Source of the DNA: an uncultured Candidatus Peribacteria bacterium
GTDB taxonomy: Bacteria; Patescibacteriota; Gracilibacteria; Peribacterales; Peribacteraceae
DNA: 41,005 bases
Reading direction: 5' to 3'
NCBI GenBank assembly: GCA_964478005.1
Contig: CAYZGJ010000002.1
Coordinates: 1 to 41,005, forward strand
A program made the position numbers and the translations under genes. The notes beneath the pieces are model-generated. The model saw only the letters and a list, made by a program, of their open reading frames with translations. It was not told the DNA's origin and searched no databases. Each line of letters opens with the position of its first letter. The first letter of the stretch is position 1. This document shows positions 37,995-41,005 of the stretch, piece by piece.

Positions 37995-40087
37995 ATCAGA
38001 AAGCAGAGAAGATCCGGGCCGCGGGCGGACAGCCCTACGCCGCGACGTTTGATCGCAGTCACGCCTTGCAGGAAGCGAAGGAGCAGCCCGACGGCACGCA
38101 GGTGTCGATCGCCGGGCGCGTGATGCTGCTGCGCGACATGGGCAAGATGCTGTTTGCAACCCTGCAGGACCACACGGGCAGGTTGCAGATCGCGCTGAAG
38201 GTCGATCAGATCGGACAGGAGGAGTACGACCGCTTCGTCGCTCTCGTGGACCTGGGCGACATCATCGGCGTCACGGGCGAGCGATTCGCAACCCAGCGGG
38301 GCGAGCCGACGGTGGGCGTCACCAAGTGGACGATGCTCAGCAAGGCGCTGCGCCAGCCGCCGGAGAAGTGGCACGGCGTCAGCGACCAGGAAACGCTGTG
38401 GCGCCAGCGCTACCTCGACCTCACGTCCAACCGCGCCACCTTCGATCGCTTCCTCTTCCGCAGCCGGTTCCTGAAATTCCTGCGTGAGTTCTACTGGGAA
38501 CAGGGATTCACGGAAGTGGAGACGCCCGTGCTGGTGAATGCCGCGAGCGGCGCGCTGGCCACGCCCTTCCGGACCCATCACAACGCGTACGATACCGATG
38601 TCTTCCTGCGCATCGCGCCGGAAACCTACCTGAAGGAGTGCATCGTGGGCGGCTTCGACCGCGTGTTCGAGATCGGCCGCGTCTTCCGCAACGAGGGCCT
38701 GGACCCCTCCCACCTGCAGGACTTCACGATGGTGGAGCACTACGCGGCATACTGGGACTACACAGACAACATGGCCTTCACCGAGGCGATGCTCTCCACC
38801 GTGCTGGAGAAACTGGTCGGAACCCTGAAGGTGCAGATTCCCGACCGCGACGGCAGCCTGGTGGAGGTCGCCTTCACCCCGCCCTGGCCGCGGCTGTCCC
38901 TGCGCGAAGTCATTCAACGCGATTGCGGGATTGACATCGAGGTGTGTGATTCCGCTTCAGCCCTGCGGGAAGCCGTAAAAGCAAAGAACATCCGCCTGGA
39001 AGTGGACATGGAAACGCTGGGACGCGGCAACCTGATCGACCAGCTGTACAAGAAGGTCAGCCGGCCCTCCATCGTCCAGCCGACCTTCATCACGCAACAC
39101 CCCATCGACCTCTCGCCGCTGGCGCGCACGAATAATGCCAACCCCCAGATCACCGATCGGTTCCAGCTGGTGGTGGGCGGCTGGGAGATCGTCAACGCCT
39201 ACAGCGAGCTCATTGATCCAGTGGATCAGGCGCAGCGGTTTGAGCAGCAGTCCGCCGCGGCGGACGGCGGCGACAGCGACGCTCACCGCAAGGATGACGA
39301 GTTCGTGACGGCGCTGGAGTACGGCTGCCCCCCCTGCAGCGGCTTTGGCATGGGGATCGACCGCATCGTCGCGCTGCTGACCCAACAGATGAACCTGCGC
39401 GATGTGGTGCTGTTCCCGCTGCTGAAACCAAGCAAGAACCAGAGTCACTCCTTAGCTTCTTTTGATTCCTTAGCTTCCTCTTCATCCATGTCCTCCCCCC
39501 TCCCCCTTCAGCACGCCTCCTACGGCCACCTCCTCCCCGCCGCCCATGCCCTTCTCGAAGCGCACACTGATCAGACCCGCGCGCACCTGATCGCGACCGG
39601 AGCCGCCATGGAGGCATTCGCCAAGCGCTTTGGCGGCGACGAGCAAACGTGGAAGGTGGCGGGCATGCTCCATGATCTGGACTGGGACCAGCTCGACAAG
39701 GACTACGAGGCTCACTGTGGTGACACATTGGAACACCTCCTCTCCACCATCGAGGCGCCCGCGGAACTGCTCGCAGATATCCGCGCACACTACGCCTCCA
39801 AGTACGGAGAGGAATATCCGCTGGATACGATGCTGCGGAAGACCTTGTACTGCGTGGATGAGCTGACCGGCTTCATCATCGCGGTCGCCCTGGTGCGGCC
39901 GAGCAAGAGCCTGAGCGATGTGGAAGTGAAGAGCGTCACCAAGAAGCTGAAGGACAAGGCCTTCGCCGCCCAGGTGGACCGCGCGCAGATCCGCGCGTGC
40001 GAGGAACTGCTCGCGATGCCCCTCGACGAGTTCGTCGGCGTGACGCTGGAGGCAATGAAGACAGTGGCCAAGGACATCGGTCTGTGA
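37979..40087 (+). CDS. lysS: Lysine--tRNA ligase (class II) fused in frame to a C-terminal HD-superfamily hydrolase domain (COG2316-like)
   Basis: ATG 37979 in ORF 37925..40087. The LysRS core runs to ...RDVVLFPLLKP (about 39430). A low-complexity linker follows. From ATG 39488, the HD-type domain contains ...AGMLHDLDWD...CVDELTGFIIAVALVRPSKSLSDVEVKSVTKKLKDKAFAAQVDR.... Confidence 0.88.
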   Translation: MDPIRHQKAEKIRAAGGQPYAATFDRSHALQEAKEQPDGTQVSIAGRVMLLRDMGKMLFATLQDHTGRLQIALKVDQIGQEEYDRFVALVDLGDIIGVTGERFATQRGEPTVGVTKWTMLSKALRQPPEKWHGVSDQETLWRQRYLDLTSNRATFDRFLFRSRFLKFLREFYWEQGFTEVETPVLVNAASGALATPFRTHHNAYDTDVFLRIAPETYLKECIVGGFDRVFEIGRVFRNEGLDPSHLQDFTMVEHYAAYWDYTDNMAFTEAMLSTVLEKLVGTLKVQIPDRDGSLVEVAFTPPWPRLSLREVIQRDCGIDIEVCDSASALREAVKAKNIRLEVDMETLGRGNLIDQLYKKVSRPSIVQPTFITQHPIDLSPLARTNNANPQITDRFQLVVGGWEIVNAYSELIDPVDQAQRFEQQSAAADGGDSDAHRKDDEFVTALEYGCPPCSGFGMGIDRIVALLTQQMNLRDVVLFPLLKPSKNQSHSLASFDSLASSSSMSSPLPLQHASYGHLLPAAHALLEAHTDQTRAHLIATGAAMEAFAKRFGGDEQTWKVAGMLHDLDWDQLDKDYEAHCGDTLEHLLSTIEAPAELLADIRAHYASKYGEEYPLDTMLRKTLYCVDELTGFIIAVALVRPSKSLSDVEVKSVTKKLKDKAFAAQVDRAQIRACEELLAMPLDEFVGVTLEAMKTVAKDIGL
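39449..39477 (+). repeat. 11-nt direct repeat TCCTTAGCTTC x2 (18-nt period) in the LysRS-HD linker
   Basis: tccttagcttc at 39449-59 and 39467-77. Related to the CCTTAGT word of the 33908-33935 spacer array. Confidence 0.75.
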
Positions 40088-40100
40088 GACTCTTGGGACG

Positions 40101-41005
40101 ATGGCCTACCGTCTCTTCGCCCTCCTCAAACGTTGCTGGGTCGCCCTGGGGCAGCCGGCGCCGGGATTCGTGCGCGGCGTGCGGCGGTTGTTGAGCCGCC
40201 GGTATCCCGTACGGGTGCCGGGATCGTTTCCCGTTTCGTACCGTCGCGGCAGACCCCATTCCCTGAAACCCGACATCGCGGTCATCATTCCCTGCCACAA
40301 CTACGGGCGTTTCCTGGGAGACGCCATCGAGAGCGTGCTTGCCCAGACGCTTCTTCCCGCGGAGATTCTCGTGGTCGATGATGCATCGGAAGATGACACC
40401 GGTACAATTGTCCAATCCTACGCAAAACGCGGGGTGCGGCTGCACCGCGTCACACATCGGAATCTTTCCGCCACACGCAATGACGGAATGAGGCAGACCA
40501 GTGCCCCCTTCCTCGTCTTCCTCGATGCCGACGACCGGTTGCCCCCGCACTATCTGGAACGCTGCCGGGCTGCCTTCACGGATCCGGCAGTCGCCCTGGC
40601 CTACGGAGACATGCATGAATTCGGGGAGCGCCGGCACATCGTGCGCATGCCGCCGTACGAAGCATCGATGCTCCTGCGGAGCAACTTCATCTCCTCTCAT
40701 GCCATGATCCGGCGTCAGGCGCTGGATATGGTTGGAGGATACCGGTCCTTACCCCATATCCTGGAGGATTGGGATCTCTACCGCCGCATCCTGCGCTTCC
40801 GCTGGATCGCAAAAAAGGTAGATACATTTGTGCACTACCGCATCCACCCGCAGAGCATGCTCCACCGCCATCAGCGCGCGGGGCATTCCTACGCTACCGG
40901 AGCCGCGCTTCTCCACATGCCCCTCACCATCTTCTCCCCCTTTTGCGGCCGGACCGCGATCCTCCCCCGCTTCACCGAAGCGTTGCAACGATTGGAATGG
41001 GACGA
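40101..41005 (+). CDS. Family 2 glycosyltransferase (3' end runs off the window)
   Basis: Not in the ORF track because there is no stop. My translation from ATG 40101 gives MAYRLFALLKRCW...DIAVIIPCHNYGRFLGDAIESVLAQTLLPAEILVVDDASEDDTG...FLVFLDADDRL... Confidence 0.8.
   Translation, partial: MAYRLFALLKRCWVALGQPAPGFVRGVRRLLSRRYPVRVPGSFPVSYRRGRPHSLKPDIAVIIPCHNYGRFLGDAIESVLAQTLLPAEILVVDDASEDDTGTIVQSYAKRGVRLHRVTHRNLSATRNDGMRQTSAPFLVFLDADDRLPPHYLERCRAAFTDPAVALAYGDMHEFGERRHIVRMPPYEASMLLRSNFISSHAMIRRQALDMVGGYRSLPHILEDWDLYRRILRFRWIAKKVDTFVHYRIHPQSMLHRHQRAGHSYATGAALLHMPLTIFSPFCGRTAILPRFTEALQRLEWD

Noticed and set aside
1-41005. Alternative genetic code (UGA recoded), as in some candidate phyla.
   Set aside because: UGA terminates many conserved genes at the expected positions (rpe, rpiB, infA, rplN, rpsQ, rplP and others), often within ATGA overlaps. 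Conserved proteins translate cleanly with the standard code.

Overview
High-GC bacterial window (roughly 60-65% GC by eye). It uses the standard genetic code: UGA is a stop, and there are at least eight ATGA start/stop overlaps.

Gene content:
- The core is one uninterrupted minus-strand ribosomal super-operon running from 35312 down to 16782. Gene order is rplC-rplD-rplW-rplB-rpsS-rplV-rpsC-rplP-rpmC-rpsQ-rplN-rplX-rplE-rpsN-rpsH-rplF-rplR-rpsE-[DJ-1/PfpI]-rplO-secY-[two small low-GC orphan genes]-adk-map-infA-rpmJ-rpsM-rpsK-rpsD-rpoA-rplQ-rplM-rpsI.
- rpmD (L30) is absent and rpsJ (S10) is not attached. Together with the sparse sugar-phosphate genes (rpiB-rpe, tpiA), dprA and many secreted or surface proteins, this fits a reduced CPR/Patescibacteria-like genome. 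Taxonomy cannot be verified from this window.
- The left part holds a DUF433/PIN-like toxin-antitoxin pair plus a DUF2382 gene, an rpiB-rpe-DUF192 operon, tpiA and an SPFH gene, tRNA-Thr(CGU), and dprA.
- It also holds a surface-protein cluster: a LamG+RTX protein, lipoproteins with Cys-rich repeats, a protein with two endostatin/DUF1554-like domains, and a Pro-rich protein with an LPxSG-type C-terminal sorting signal.
- The right part holds an aldehyde dehydrogenase, an NYN-domain gene, a LysRS fused in frame to an HD hydrolase domain, and a partial GT2 glycosyltransferase.

Signals not explained by genes:
1. Nearly every intercistronic spacer consists of short tandem arrays with a 7-nt period. 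There are several sequence families, often arranged as inverted pairs that form hairpins, and two arrays sit in frame inside tpiA. They resemble cyanobacterial STRR heptamers.
2. Start codons are preceded by G-poor, C/U-rich tracts rather than Shine-Dalgarno motifs. Several operon-first genes look leaderless.
3. A perfect 33-bp direct repeat carrying a -10 box, the ATG and five codons flanks the NYN gene and duplicates the lysS start.
4. A low-GC two-gene cassette is inserted between secY and adk.
5. A DJ-1/PfpI gene occupies the L30 slot.
6. A (GTGGGGA)n G-quadruplex-capable array lies inside a 17-bp stem between rpmJ and rpsM.

No CRISPR array, transposase, integrase or rRNA gene was seen.
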